NCBI GenBank assembly: GCA_963758695.1
Contig: CAVWWM010000025.1
Location: 937-64,936 of the forward strand
From: an uncultured Actinomycetes bacterium
GTDB lineage: Bacteria; Actinomycetota; Acidimicrobiia; Spongiisociales; DATADW01
Length of the DNA stretch: 64,000 nucleotides
Direction of reading: 5' to 3'
The translations under genes and the position numbers were made by a program. How positions within the stretch are numbered: the first letter of the stretch is position 1; every line of letters starts with the position of its first letter. Positions 1-9,363 of the stretch are shown here, one piece after another. The notes under the pieces were generated by a model. It saw nothing but the letters and a program-made list of their open reading frames with translations. It searched no databases and had not been told where the DNA came from.

Positions 1-1193
1 CCGTCGCGCTGGGCGATGATCTTGACCATCCCTGGCTTCTGGCCGATGATCCTGCGCCCGCCCGACACCGACGAAGCTGGGCTTGTGGGTCTCGACCTCG
101 ATCCCGGCTTCGGCTGCCTGGGGCTCGGTGAGACCGACCTCGGCCATCTCGGGATGGGTGTAGGTGACCCGAGGGATGGCGCGGTAATCAACCGGCTTCT
201 CCTCACCGGTGGCGAGGTGCGTCACCGCGGCGATCGCCTCGGCGAACCCGGCATGGGCCAACTGAGGCGTGCCCGCCACGATGTCACCCACGGCGTAGAC
301 GCCCGGTGCCGCCAGCATCGTCTGCGGATCGACGGTGATGAAGCCTCGGTCCGGTGTGATCCCCACCGTGTCGAGCCCGATGTTCTCGGTGACCGGACCC
401 CTGCCCACCGCCATCAAGGCGGTGTCGGCCTCGACGGATGATCCGCCGGCGGTCACCATCACCGACGACTCGCCAATCTTGGGCGCCTCTACCGATGCTC
501 CAAGCGAGAACTTGACGCCCCGCTTGGAGAGCAGCTTTTGCAACTCCTTGGCGGCATCGGGATCGGCGCCGGGGATTATCTGTTCCATCAGTTCGAAGAC
601 GTGGACCTCGCTGCCGAGGTCGACCAGCAGCGAGGCGAACTCACAACCGATCACCCCGGCTCCAACGATGACGACCCGATCGGGCCTACTCGGCCAGTCG
701 AGGGCATGGTCGGAGCTGACGATCCGGTCCCCATCGATCTCCCACCCCGGGATCGACCGGGGATCGAGCCGGTGGCGACGATCACGTGTTGTCCCTCGAC
801 AACCTGCTCGACCGTTCTCGCCGCTCACCACCACCTTGCCGGCGCCGTCGAGCCGTCCAGTACCCCGATCACCTCGACCTTGCGCTGCTTGAGCAGCCCG
901 GCGAGCCCTCGGACCAATCGGTCGACGATGGCGTTCTTGCGTTTGAGCCCCGCCTCCCAGTCGAAGCCGGCCTCCCCGGGAAGCGTCACCCCGAATTGGG
1001 CGGCGCTCTTGACGGTGGTCATGACCTCCGCCGCCTGAAGCCAGGTCTTCGCCGGGATGCACCCCCGGAGGAGACAGGTCCCTCCGACCCGCTCCTCCTT
1101 CTCAACCAGTGCCACGGAGAGCCCGAAGTTGTGGGCGTACAGGGCAGCGCCGTAACCGGCAGGCCCGCCACCGATGATTACGACGTCGTGCAA
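1..1193 (-). pseudogene. lpd: dihydrolipoyl dehydrogenase (E3); 3' end runs off the window; frame broken at >=4 places (true pseudogene or assembly indels)
   Basis: ORF 825..1193 (TTG start) has the FAD fold VVIIGGGPAGY and the redox disulfide GGTCLLRGCIPAK. Further Lpd-like blocks (GTGRLDGAGKVVV, EQVVEGQHVIVATGS, VVIVGAGVIGCEFASL, GVYAVGDIV, PGMVKIIAQRDG) continue downstream in alternating minus frames. Frame switches lie near ~865, ~800, ~745 and ~55, mostly at G/C runs. Confidence 0.75.
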
Positions 1194-1303
1194 GATCCCC
1201 TCCGAATCGGCTGGACGCCGAGCCTAGTGAGACCCTGGATATTGGTCTTGATGCCCCGGGACGGCTACCCCACACCCTTGACTTCTCGACCCAGGGTTGG
1301 CAG

Positions 1304-2091
1304 CTACCCCGCCGGGGGTTGCTCGTCGAGGAAGCCGGTGATCATTGGGACCAGCCAGTTGTGACGGTCGAGCATCCCGAGGCCGGGGGACGAAGTGGGT
1401 GGTTCCTGGGAGGAATCGCCAGCCGGGCGTTCGACAACCCGACGAGGTCGCCCTGCCCGGCACCGCCGAGGAGGCGGTACATCTGGGACGGCGTGCTCGG
1501 GGCGGACCGCATCGGCGTCACCGATCACGACCATCGTCGGCGCCGAGATCCCCTGGATGTCGGCGTCCGGCCAAGTGAACGGGGTCAGGTCGAGCGTCTT
1601 GAGCTTCTCCACCAGAGTCGGGAAGTTGTCGGGGTCGGGGGCGACCTCTTGGGTAGGTGGTCTCGAACGGTGAGCCGGCGAACATCTCGGGCGTGATGGT
1701 GGGTATCAGCACGTGTGCAACTCGGGTTGCATGCCATCGCTGGTGTATGACGCCGAGATCGAAACCAGCTTTCGCACGACTCCGGGTGGCGAACCGCTAC
1801 CTGGATGGCGGCGGCACCACCCATGCTGTATCCGATCACGTCGGCGCTGTCGAGCCCGAGATGCTCGAGCAGGGCGGCCGAGTCATCGGCAAGTCCCTCG
1901 TATGTGATGGGCCGATCGACGTCGGCGGTTCGGCCGTGTGCCTGCATGTCGGCCACTATCACTCGGCGGGTTGCCGCCAGCTCCGATAGGAACGGCCCGA
2001 AGTCACCGGTGGTCATGTAGGCACCGTGCAGGAGCAGAACGGACGTGCCACCGGTGCCCTCGCCACCCCGCCCGTGGATCTCGTAGTACAT
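1304..2091 (-). pseudogene. alpha/beta-fold hydrolase, reading frame broken several times
   Basis: ORF 1585..2091 gives LLLHGAYMTTGDF and the nucleophile elbow GYSMGG. C-terminal blocks (LIPTITPEMFAGSPFETTY, DIQGISAPTMVVIGDADAV, LAILPGTTHF, LVPMITGFLDE) are spread over three minus-strand frames (ORFs 1518..1712, 1304..1612, 1224..1463). Confidence 0.65.
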
Positions 2092-2289
2092 CTGTAGCCC
2101 GTTGACAGGGGCGTACCCCGCTCCGGCGCCTGTCTGCTGCGGCTCGCATCTTCAGTCATTTCGGCTCCTCCGAGAGCACACGCAGATTAAGCCCGGTTCA
2201 TCTCTCGGACCCTTCAAGCCGTTTCGATCCGATGCCGATAGATCGACCAAGGGTGGGATCGAGTCGTATCAATTGAATGGAGCAGGGGA

Positions 2290-5200
2290 ATGTCTGTTCG
2301 CCGAGTATTGGTCTGTCTCGTCGCGCTCGCGATCGCTGTGGGCGTGCTCCCCGGGACCGCCATGGCGTCTTCGCCAACCGCCCCCAATACCCCAGCCCAG
2401 GCCTCCACTACCCCAGCTCAGACTTCCACTAGTCCACCTGCTGACCCGCTTCGGCTGGCGGACACCGACAGCACCAGCCCTTACGCCGCCCTTCGTGAGG
2501 CTCCGTCGATCGCACCGTTGGCGGTGACGGATCCCGAGTTCGAAGAGCAATCTGCCTTCACCGGGCTCGACTTGCCCACCGTCGTCCGCTTCGCCGCGGA
2601 CGGCCGTGTCTTCGTCGGGGAGAAGGCCGGGAAGGTCAAGGTGTTCGATTCGATCTCCGACACCACGGCCACCACCGTCATAGACATTTCTGCCGAGACC
2701 TACGGTTGGTGGGACCGGGGGATGCTCGGGATGGCGCTCGACCCGAACTTCCCTTCCGAGCCATGGGTCTACCTGCTCACCACGACCTACCGCGGCCGCG
2801 ATTATGCCGACGACTGTCCGTATGCCACCGACCTCGACGCCGGCTGCATGGCCGACGGGCGGGTGGTGCGCTATCAGGTGTCGCCGACCAACGTCGCCAG
2901 CAACCGTCAAGTGCTCCTCGAGGGCAACTGGTGCCAGCAGTACCCGAGCCACTCGATCGGGACCGTCGAGTTCGGAACCGCCGGCGAGCTCTATGTCGGC
3001 GCCGGCGATGGGGCCAGCTTCAACTTCAGCGACTACGGCCAGGGCGGGGGACGTAACACCGACACCCCGAAGAACCCGTGCGGTGATCCCCCAGTTCCTG
3101 TCGGTGGCACGCAGCAGCCGGCCACCGGTCAGGGAGGCGCGCTGCGCAGCCAGGACCTCCGCACCTCGGGCGACCCGGTCACCTGGAACGGCGCCATACT
3201 TCGTGTCGACCCGGACACCGGTCTGCCCCTACCGAACAATCCGCTCGTCGGGCAGGGAAGCGCAGACGACGACAGGATCGTGGCGTACGGCCTCCGCAAC
3301 CCATTCCGTTTCACCGTCCAGCCGGGCACCGGCGAGCTCTGGATCGGGGACGTCGGCTGGGGCACCTGGGAGGAGATAAACCGCCATCAGAACCCCACGC
3401 AGACGGTTCGCAATTTCGGCTGGCCCTGTTACGAGGGGAACGCCCGCCAGAGCGGGTATGACTCACTGAACAACAACGTGTGCGAGACCATGTACGGCGA
3501 CGCCACCGCCCACACCCCCCCGGTTCTTCCGTGGAACCACTCGAGCTCATTGGCGGGATGTGGCGGCGGCTCGAGCTCGGTTGCCGGGCTCGCCTTCTAC
3601 GAAGGCGGCAGCTACCCCGACGCCTACGACGGAGCGCTGTTCTTCTCCGACTTCTCCCGGCAGTGCATCTGGGTGATGTACCCCGGTAGCGGCGGTGTGC
3701 CCAATCCAGCGACCGTCGAGCTTTTCGCCAGCCAGGTGGGCACAGTCGGGCTCGAGATCGGGCCCGGCGGTGACCTCTTCGCAGTCGACCACTTCGGCGG
3801 CCGGATCATCCGATACCGCCACACGGTCGACCCTGAAAACACCGCTCCGATCGCCACTGCGTCGGCCAATCCCACTTCGGGCTCTTCCCCGCTCACCGTC
3901 AACTTCAGCGGCGCAGGATCCACCGACCCCGATGGCGATCCGCTCACCTATGACTGGGACCTCGACGGCGACGGCGCCTTCGACGACGCCTCGGGTGCGA
4001 CTCCGCAGTTCACCTATGTCACGCCGGGAATCCACACCGCGACCCTTCGGGTGAGCGATGGGCGCGGCGGGACCGACACCGCACAGACGGCCATCACCGT
4101 CACCCCGGCAAGCGGGTCCGGCGACGGCTACCTGACTCTCCCCGGGACCGCCGGGGTGGACATCTCGTCAGCGCCCTCGCCCACATTCGACATCACCGGG
4201 GATCTCGACCTGCGCGCCGATGTCGCCCTGAACGACTGGGACTCACCGTCGGGCAAGTTCGTCTCCAACCTGATCACCGGCACCGGCGCCCAGGGCTACG
4301 AGTTGATGCTCAACGGGACCACCAAAGGCCTCCGACTCGCCTGGGTGGACGGGGGTGGCACGGTCCGCGTGGCCAACTCGACCGTTGCCCTCCCCGTCAC
4401 CGACGGGCAGCGGCTCCAGATCCGCGGCGTGCTCGACGCCAACAACGGTGCGGGCGGCCACACAGTGACCTTCTTCTACCGGACCAACACCACGCCCGAC
4501 CTGAAAGCCGATTCCGGTTGGACCCAGCTCGGCGGTGTGGTCAACACCGGGACCGGGACCACGTCGGTCAACCCAGGGGACCAGGAAATGGTGCTCGGGG
4601 GGCGGGTCCTCCACGACGTCGAGTTCTGGTCGGGCCGTTACTACACGGCCTCGATCATCAGCGGTACGACCGGCGCCGGCCAGGTGCGGGCCGACCTCGA
4701 CTTCAGCACCACCGGCCAGCTCACCTCGACTCCACCCGATTACTCGGAGTGGACCGACACCGCGGGCAACGTTTGGAACGTAAACGGGACCGGTTGGGGA
4801 TACGTGCTCGGCGCCAACCAACCGCCGACCGCGGTGCTCGGGGCTGATCCTCTCTCGGGCCCGACCCCGCTCCTGGTGAACTTCACCGCCTCATCTTCCA
4901 CCGACCCGGATGGCGATCCGATCAGCTACGCATGGGACCTCGATGGCGACGGGCAGCTCGACGACTCCACGCTGGCCGCACCTGAGTTCACCTACACCAC
5001 ACCCGGTAGCTACCCGGTGACGGTCCGGGTCAGCGACGGACGCGGCGGGGTCGACACCGAGACGGTCATCATTGACGCTACGGACGGCAACACCGCCCCC
5101 ACCGCCACGATCGACACCCCCGACGGGAGCGTCCTCTGGAAGGTGGGCGACACCATCAGCTTCAGCGGCACGCCCTCCGACCCCAACGAGACGCTCGGTG

Positions 5201-8200
5201 CGGCGTCGATGAGCTGGCGGCTAGTGATACACCATTGCGCCCACAACGAGCCGACCGATTGTCACCAGCACGGCATCAACGACTGGAGTGGCATCGCCGG
5301 CGGCTCCTTCGTGGCTCCCGACCACGAGTATCCGTCCTATCTCGAGCTGTCGCTCACGGTGACGGACTCGGGTGGCAAGACCGGGACCGACTCGGTCCGC
5401 CTCGACCCTCGCACCGTCGAGCTCACCTTCGAGAGCGCCCCGGTCGCCGGGCTCGCCCTATCGGTGGGGGCATTTGCCGAACGGACGCCTTTCACCCGAG
5501 AGGTGATCGTCGGGTCGGCCAACTCGGTGACCGCAGTCAACCCACAGGCAAAAGAAGGCGTGGTCTACGGCTTCGACTCCTGGGCCGACGGTGGGGCCGA
5601 GAGCCGATTGATAGTCGCCCCGTCCGTCGACACCACATACCGGGCCGTGTTCCAGGGAGCGCCCCAGGAGCAGGACGGATATCTCACCCTCCCCGGAGCG
5701 GCAGGGACCGACATCACCGCTCCGGCGGGACCCAACTTCGACGCCATCACCGGGACACTCGACGTCAGGGCCGACGTTGCGCTCGACAACTGGTCCACAT
5801 CCAACGCCAAGTTGATCTCCAACCTGCGGACCTCGAGCCTCGGATCGGCCGAGGGCTATGAGCTCATCCTCGACGGGACCACACGCAGGCTCCGCCTCGC
5901 CTGGGTCAATTCGGCGGGCACGCTCCAGACGCGCACCTCGACCCTCGCCGTCCCGGTGGCCGACGGCCAGCGGATCCAGTTGCGCGCCACGCTCGAGGCA
6001 GACAACGGTGCTGGTGGCCACACCGTGACCTTCTTCACCAGGAGCGACGTGGAAAACGAGCTGTTCAATCACTCCGGCTGGACCGAGTTGGGCACCGCGG
6101 TCACGACCTCGGGGCTAACCACCGTCCGGCCCGGCGACAGGAACATGGTGCTCGGTTCCCGGTTCGACCATGTTGCCGGGTTCTGGTCGGGGCGGTACTA
6201 CGCGGCGATGCTTATCAACGGGATTGGCTTCTTCGGCCAGGTGGTGGCAAACCCCGACTTCAGGACGACCGCCCAGCAAGACACGATTCCACCGGACTAT
6301 TCCGGGTGGACCGACGGTGTCGGCAATCCCTGGACGGTGGCTGGCGACGGCTGGAGCTACACGATCGGCGGGCCAAACCGCAGCCCGGTCGCCACGCTCA
6401 CCGCCAATCCCAACCAGGGTGAGGCGCCGCTGACCGTCTCACTCGATGCAACGGCTTCCACCGATCCCGACGGACACTCCCTGCTTTATGACTGGGACCT
6501 CAACGGAGATGGACAGTTCGGCGATGGCGATGCATCTTCGATCCAGACCACCTACCCCGCAGGTACCCACAACCCTACGGTGCGGGTGGACGACGGACAT
6601 GGTGGCACGGACATCGCCTCGGTCACGGTCACCGTCACCGAGGCGCCGCCCGGAGGCGTCGGCCACATCCAACTGCCTGGCCTCGCCGGCACCAGGGTGC
6701 AGACGCCCGACACCGCCGCCCTCGACATCACCGGCGACATCGATCTGCGCGCCGATGTCGCCCTCGACAACTGGGCCACGGCCAACGCCAAGCTGGTGTC
6801 AAAGTTCCCAGGCGCCTACGAGTTGATGCTCAACGGGACCACCCGACAACTCCGGGTCGGGTTCGCCCGGGCAGTCGGTGGTGCACAGACGGTGAACTCG
6901 ACTGTCGCCCTGCCCGTCGCCAACGGCGACCGGCTCCAGGTGCGCGCCACAATCGACATTGACACCGCGGCCAAGAACACCAAGGTCACCTTCTGGTATC
7001 GGACCGATGTCACGGCCAACCTGACCAACTCCACCGGCTGGACCCAGCTTGGAGCGGTCGTCACCAGGAATGGCGCGGTCGCCATCGCCAACGGGGCCAA
7101 CGCCCTTTCGCTGGGCGCGGGACCCGATGGGGCTGGTCCCTGGGCGGGGGACTTCTACCAGGCCGCGGTCCTCTCCGGGATCGGAGGCACCCCAGTCGCC
7201 GCCCTCGACCTGCGGACACCGGCACAGGCGACCGAGCCCGACTTTTCGGCATGGGCGGATGGAGCCGGCCGCGCCTGGGACGTGCTCGGCACAGGCTGGG
7301 TGTACCGCCCGGGGGACCCGAACACGGCGCCCGACGCCATCCTCAGCGCCAACCCCCAGTCGGGGACGGCGCCGCTCAACGTGAGTTTCGATGCCTCCAC
7401 GTCCACCGACGCGGACGACGACCTGCTCACCTTCGCCTGGGACCTCGATGGCGACGGGCAGTTCGATGATGGCAGCGGACCCACCGCCTCCCGCATCTAT
7501 GCCGAGGGCACGCACCACCCCGCGGTGGAGGTGAACGACGGGCGGGGCGGGATCGACACCGCCACCGTCACCATCGTGGTCGACGCACCGACCGGGCCGG
7601 GCGGCGTGAGGTTCAACGGCGGCGCCGGGGCAGTCATCACTACCCCAGACCGAGCCCTGCTCGACATCGCCGGCGACCTCGACATCCGTGCCGACGTGGC
7701 GCTGGACGACTGGAACGACGACGTGGCGCGCCTCGTCTCGAAGGGGACCGCCTATGAGTTGTCTCTCAACGGCACCACCGGCGGGCTGCGTTTCGCTTGG
7801 ACCCGACGCAACGGGTCGCCGTCGGCGGTCACCTCCACGGTCCCGCTACCCGTCGCCGATGGGGGTCGGATCCAGGTGCGGGTCACCTTCGACGGGGTGA
7901 CACCCCCGCCGCGGTTGAGTGCGGTCACCTTCTGGTACCGGACGGCGACCTCCACCGAGCTCTCCTCGAACAGCGGGTGGACCCAGCTCGGTTCGGTGGT
8001 CACCGCCGCCCAGACCGGACAGTTGGCGGTCAACGCCACTGCCCTGGCCCTTGGAGCGACACCCGACGGCACCTCCGGCAACTGGGCGGGTGAGTACCAC
8101 GCCGCCCTGGTCCTCTCCGGTATCGCCGGGACCGCGGTGGCATCACCCGACTTCCGCGACCTCGACCAGTTGACCAGCACCCCGCCCGACTACTCGCGCT

Positions 8201-8265
8201 GGACCGACCCCAACACCAACGCCTGGACCATCACCGGTTCCGGCTGGGGGTACGTGGCGGGATAG
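2290..8265 (+). CDS. secreted multidomain protein (1991 aa): signal peptide + PQQ-dependent (GSDH/sorbosone-type) sugar dehydrogenase beta-propeller + PKD, Ig-like and LamG-like modules
   Basis: Uninterrupted 5976-nt ORF. ATG 2290 is preceded by GGAGCAGGGGA. The N-terminus MSVRRVLVCLVALAIAVGVLPGTAMA looks like a Sec signal. Propeller motifs are GLRNPFRF, GDVGWGTWEEIN and NFGWPCYEG. The PKD signature PL.V.F.....DPDGD...Y.WDLDGDG occurs four times. Confidence 0.9.
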   Translation: MSVRRVLVCLVALAIAVGVLPGTAMASSPTAPNTPAQASTTPAQTSTSPPADPLRLADTDSTSPYAALREAPSIAPLAVTDPEFEEQSAFTGLDLPTVVRFAADGRVFVGEKAGKVKVFDSISDTTATTVIDISAETYGWWDRGMLGMALDPNFPSEPWVYLLTTTYRGRDYADDCPYATDLDAGCMADGRVVRYQVSPTNVASNRQVLLEGNWCQQYPSHSIGTVEFGTAGELYVGAGDGASFNFSDYGQGGGRNTDTPKNPCGDPPVPVGGTQQPATGQGGALRSQDLRTSGDPVTWNGAILRVDPDTGLPLPNNPLVGQGSADDDRIVAYGLRNPFRFTVQPGTGELWIGDVGWGTWEEINRHQNPTQTVRNFGWPCYEGNARQSGYDSLNNNVCETMYGDATAHTPPVLPWNHSSSLAGCGGGSSSVAGLAFYEGGSYPDAYDGALFFSDFSRQCIWVMYPGSGGVPNPATVELFASQVGTVGLEIGPGGDLFAVDHFGGRIIRYRHTVDPENTAPIATASANPTSGSSPLTVNFSGAGSTDPDGDPLTYDWDLDGDGAFDDASGATPQFTYVTPGIHTATLRVSDGRGGTDTAQTAITVTPASGSGDGYLTLPGTAGVDISSAPSPTFDITGDLDLRADVALNDWDSPSGKFVSNLITGTGAQGYELMLNGTTKGLRLAWVDGGGTVRVANSTVALPVTDGQRLQIRGVLDANNGAGGHTVTFFYRTNTTPDLKADSGWTQLGGVVNTGTGTTSVNPGDQEMVLGGRVLHDVEFWSGRYYTASIISGTTGAGQVRADLDFSTTGQLTSTPPDYSEWTDTAGNVWNVNGTGWGYVLGANQPPTAVLGADPLSGPTPLLVNFTASSSTDPDGDPISYAWDLDGDGQLDDSTLAAPEFTYTTPGSYPVTVRVSDGRGGVDTETVIIDATDGNTAPTATIDTPDGSVLWKVGDTISFSGTPSDPNETLGAASMSWRLVIHHCAHNEPTDCHQHGINDWSGIAGGSFVAPDHEYPSYLELSLTVTDSGGKTGTDSVRLDPRTVELTFESAPVAGLALSVGAFAERTPFTREVIVGSANSVTAVNPQAKEGVVYGFDSWADGGAESRLIVAPSVDTTYRAVFQGAPQEQDGYLTLPGAAGTDITAPAGPNFDAITGTLDVRADVALDNWSTSNAKLISNLRTSSLGSAEGYELILDGTTRRLRLAWVNSAGTLQTRTSTLAVPVADGQRIQLRATLEADNGAGGHTVTFFTRSDVENELFNHSGWTELGTAVTTSGLTTVRPGDRNMVLGSRFDHVAGFWSGRYYAAMLINGIGFFGQVVANPDFRTTAQQDTIPPDYSGWTDGVGNPWTVAGDGWSYTIGGPNRSPVATLTANPNQGEAPLTVSLDATASTDPDGHSLLYDWDLNGDGQFGDGDASSIQTTYPAGTHNPTVRVDDGHGGTDIASVTVTVTEAPPGGVGHIQLPGLAGTRVQTPDTAALDITGDIDLRADVALDNWATANAKLVSKFPGAYELMLNGTTRQLRVGFARAVGGAQTVNSTVALPVANGDRLQVRATIDIDTAAKNTKVTFWYRTDVTANLTNSTGWTQLGAVVTRNGAVAIANGANALSLGAGPDGAGPWAGDFYQAAVLSGIGGTPVAALDLRTPAQATEPDFSAWADGAGRAWDVLGTGWVYRPGDPNTAPDAILSANPQSGTAPLNVSFDASTSTDADDDLLTFAWDLDGDGQFDDGSGPTASRIYAEGTHHPAVEVNDGRGGIDTATVTIVVDAPTGPGGVRFNGGAGAVITTPDRALLDIAGDLDIRADVALDDWNDDVARLVSKGTAYELSLNGTTGGLRFAWTRRNGSPSAVTSTVPLPVADGGRIQVRVTFDGVTPPPRLSAVTFWYRTATSTELSSNSGWTQLGSVVTAAQTGQLAVNATALALGATPDGTSGNWAGEYHAALVLSGIAGTAVASPDFRDLDQLTSTPPDYSRWTDPNTNAWTITGSGWGYVAG
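3845..8262 (+). repeat. in-frame module repeats inside the giant CDS: 4 PKD-like units (~3845-4100, ~4815-5085, ~6375-6640, ~7320-7590) alternating with 4 LamG/concanavalin-like units (~4105-4815, ~5665-6375, ~6640-7320, ~7590-8262)
   Basis: Each LamG-like unit repeats the pattern GYLTLPG..G.....P...DITGDLD.RADVAL..W......L.S......YEL.LNGTT..LR..W ... TFFYRT ... GW..LG ... PDYS.WTD...N.W...G.GW.Y. A 28-nt string, CTACGAGTTGATGCTCAACGGGACCACC, is identical at 4296..4323 and 6816..6843. Boundaries are approximate. Confidence 0.8.
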
Positions 8266-8488
8266 CCGAAGACGGAGGACGGAAGCAATTCTCTCTGTCC
8301 CCCCGCAGGGGGGAAGGGACCCGCCGCGGAGCAGCGGGTAGGGGGGAATGGTTCACTCCCAGGGGCGCCGATCGCGCCTGTCGCACCTTTGAACGTGAGC
8401 CTTTCCCCCCTCCCCCGACGCCTCCGGCGTCGGGTACTCCCCCCGCCGGGGGAGAGAGTCGTTGCTGCCGTCTGCCGTCTGCCGTCCT
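8266..8488. repeat. composite palindromic intergenic element, full copy
   Basis: Order: degenerate GACGGNN heptamers 8268..8286, module B (reverse) 8298..8346, centre 8347..8403, module A 8404..8454, (CTGCCGT)x3 8465..8485. It lies between convergent stops at 8265 and 8493. The same modules recur at 8 other loci. Confidence 0.85.
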
Positions 8489-8492
8489 CGGC

Positions 8493-9311
8493 TCATAAGA
8501 CCGGTATTGCCGCCGAGATGATCTTCCTGAAGTCGTCGTGGGAGCGGCGGGTGGTCTCGAGGACGCGGTCGAGAGCGATGGGGGCGGCGATCCCGGCTGA
8601 CATGGTGGAGACGAAGGTGAAGGCGACGATCGCCATCCCGGCGTGATATCCGGCCATCACCTCGGGGAGGAAGCTGTTCGATGACACCGAGCAACCGGCG
8701 GACTGCGCCAGCCTGATCTCGGCAGGGGTTTCGAAGCTGGGTCCCATCCAGTAGCCGGCCACTCCGGTTCCCAGCGGGACCCCGGCGTCGGTGGAGGCGG
8801 CACATACCGCGGCGGTGCGCTCTGCGTCGTACAACTCGGCCATCGAGAGGTAGGGCGTCGGCCACCCACCACCCTCGCGCTCTGTCGACAAGGGGTTGAA
8901 CCCGGAGAAGTTGATGTGGTCGCTGAAGGCGAGGAACTCGCCGGGACCGAGGTCGCCCCGCATCGATCCCGAGTTCGCCGAGTAGAGAAGGGCCCGGCAC
9001 CCGGTCCGGGCGAGGGTGCGGGCAGGGATCCCCGCCTGCTCCCAGGTTGCGCCGTCGCAGGGGAGGACCTTTGCCTTGACCGCCGCCACCACCCGCTCAC
9101 CAAGCCGGCCGACCTCGACTTCGTTGACGTGGCCCGGGATGGCGCTCGGTCGAAAACCGGGCAATTCCTCGAAGGGGATGGTGACCTTGTCGGCCAGGAC
9201 ATCTGTGCACTGGGCGAACCCTGTGCCACAGATCAGCCCGACATCCGGCCGGAAGCCCGCTCGCTCCACGATGACCCGGGCGGCGCGGTCGGCCGTCTCC
9301 AGGGTGTCCAT
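8493..9311 (-). CDS. purine nucleoside phosphorylase (PNP/UDP_1) family protein, divergent
   Basis: PNP-like blocks: LICGTGF, GFRPSAIPGH, FLAFSDHINFSGFNPL, GVAGYWMGPSFETPAEIR. Start chosen at ATG 9311 because the longer ORF would overlap the divergent start at 9364. Several canonical PNP motifs are substituted. Confidence 0.6.
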   Translation of the reverse strand: MDTLETADRAARVIVERAGFRPDVGLICGTGFAQCTDVLADKVTIPFEELPGFRPSAIPGHVNEVEVGRLGERVVAAVKAKVLPCDGATWEQAGIPARTLARTGCRALLYSANSGSMRGDLGPGEFLAFSDHINFSGFNPLSTEREGGGWPTPYLSMAELYDAERTAAVCAASTDAGVPLGTGVAGYWMGPSFETPAEIRLAQSAGCSVSSNSFLPEVMAGYHAGMAIVAFTFVSTMSAGIAAPIALDRVLETTRRSHDDFRKIISAAIPVL

Positions 9312-9363
9312 GAGGGCCCGGAGTGTATCGTGGCCGCCTTCGTCGATCCGGGGAGTAGGGACC

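Noticed and set aside
8389-8646. A recurrent peptide, PLPRRLRRRVLPPPGG, appears in ORFs 8389..8646(+), 14728..14985(-) and 56928..57179(-), and SPPTRCSAAGPFPP appears in several others. I asked whether this is a small conserved protein family.
   Set aside because: The similarity comes from nucleotide conservation of modules A and B. The ORFs have inconsistent starts, lengths and orientation relative to the element, and they run into unrelated flanking sequence. The palindromic DNA explains them better.
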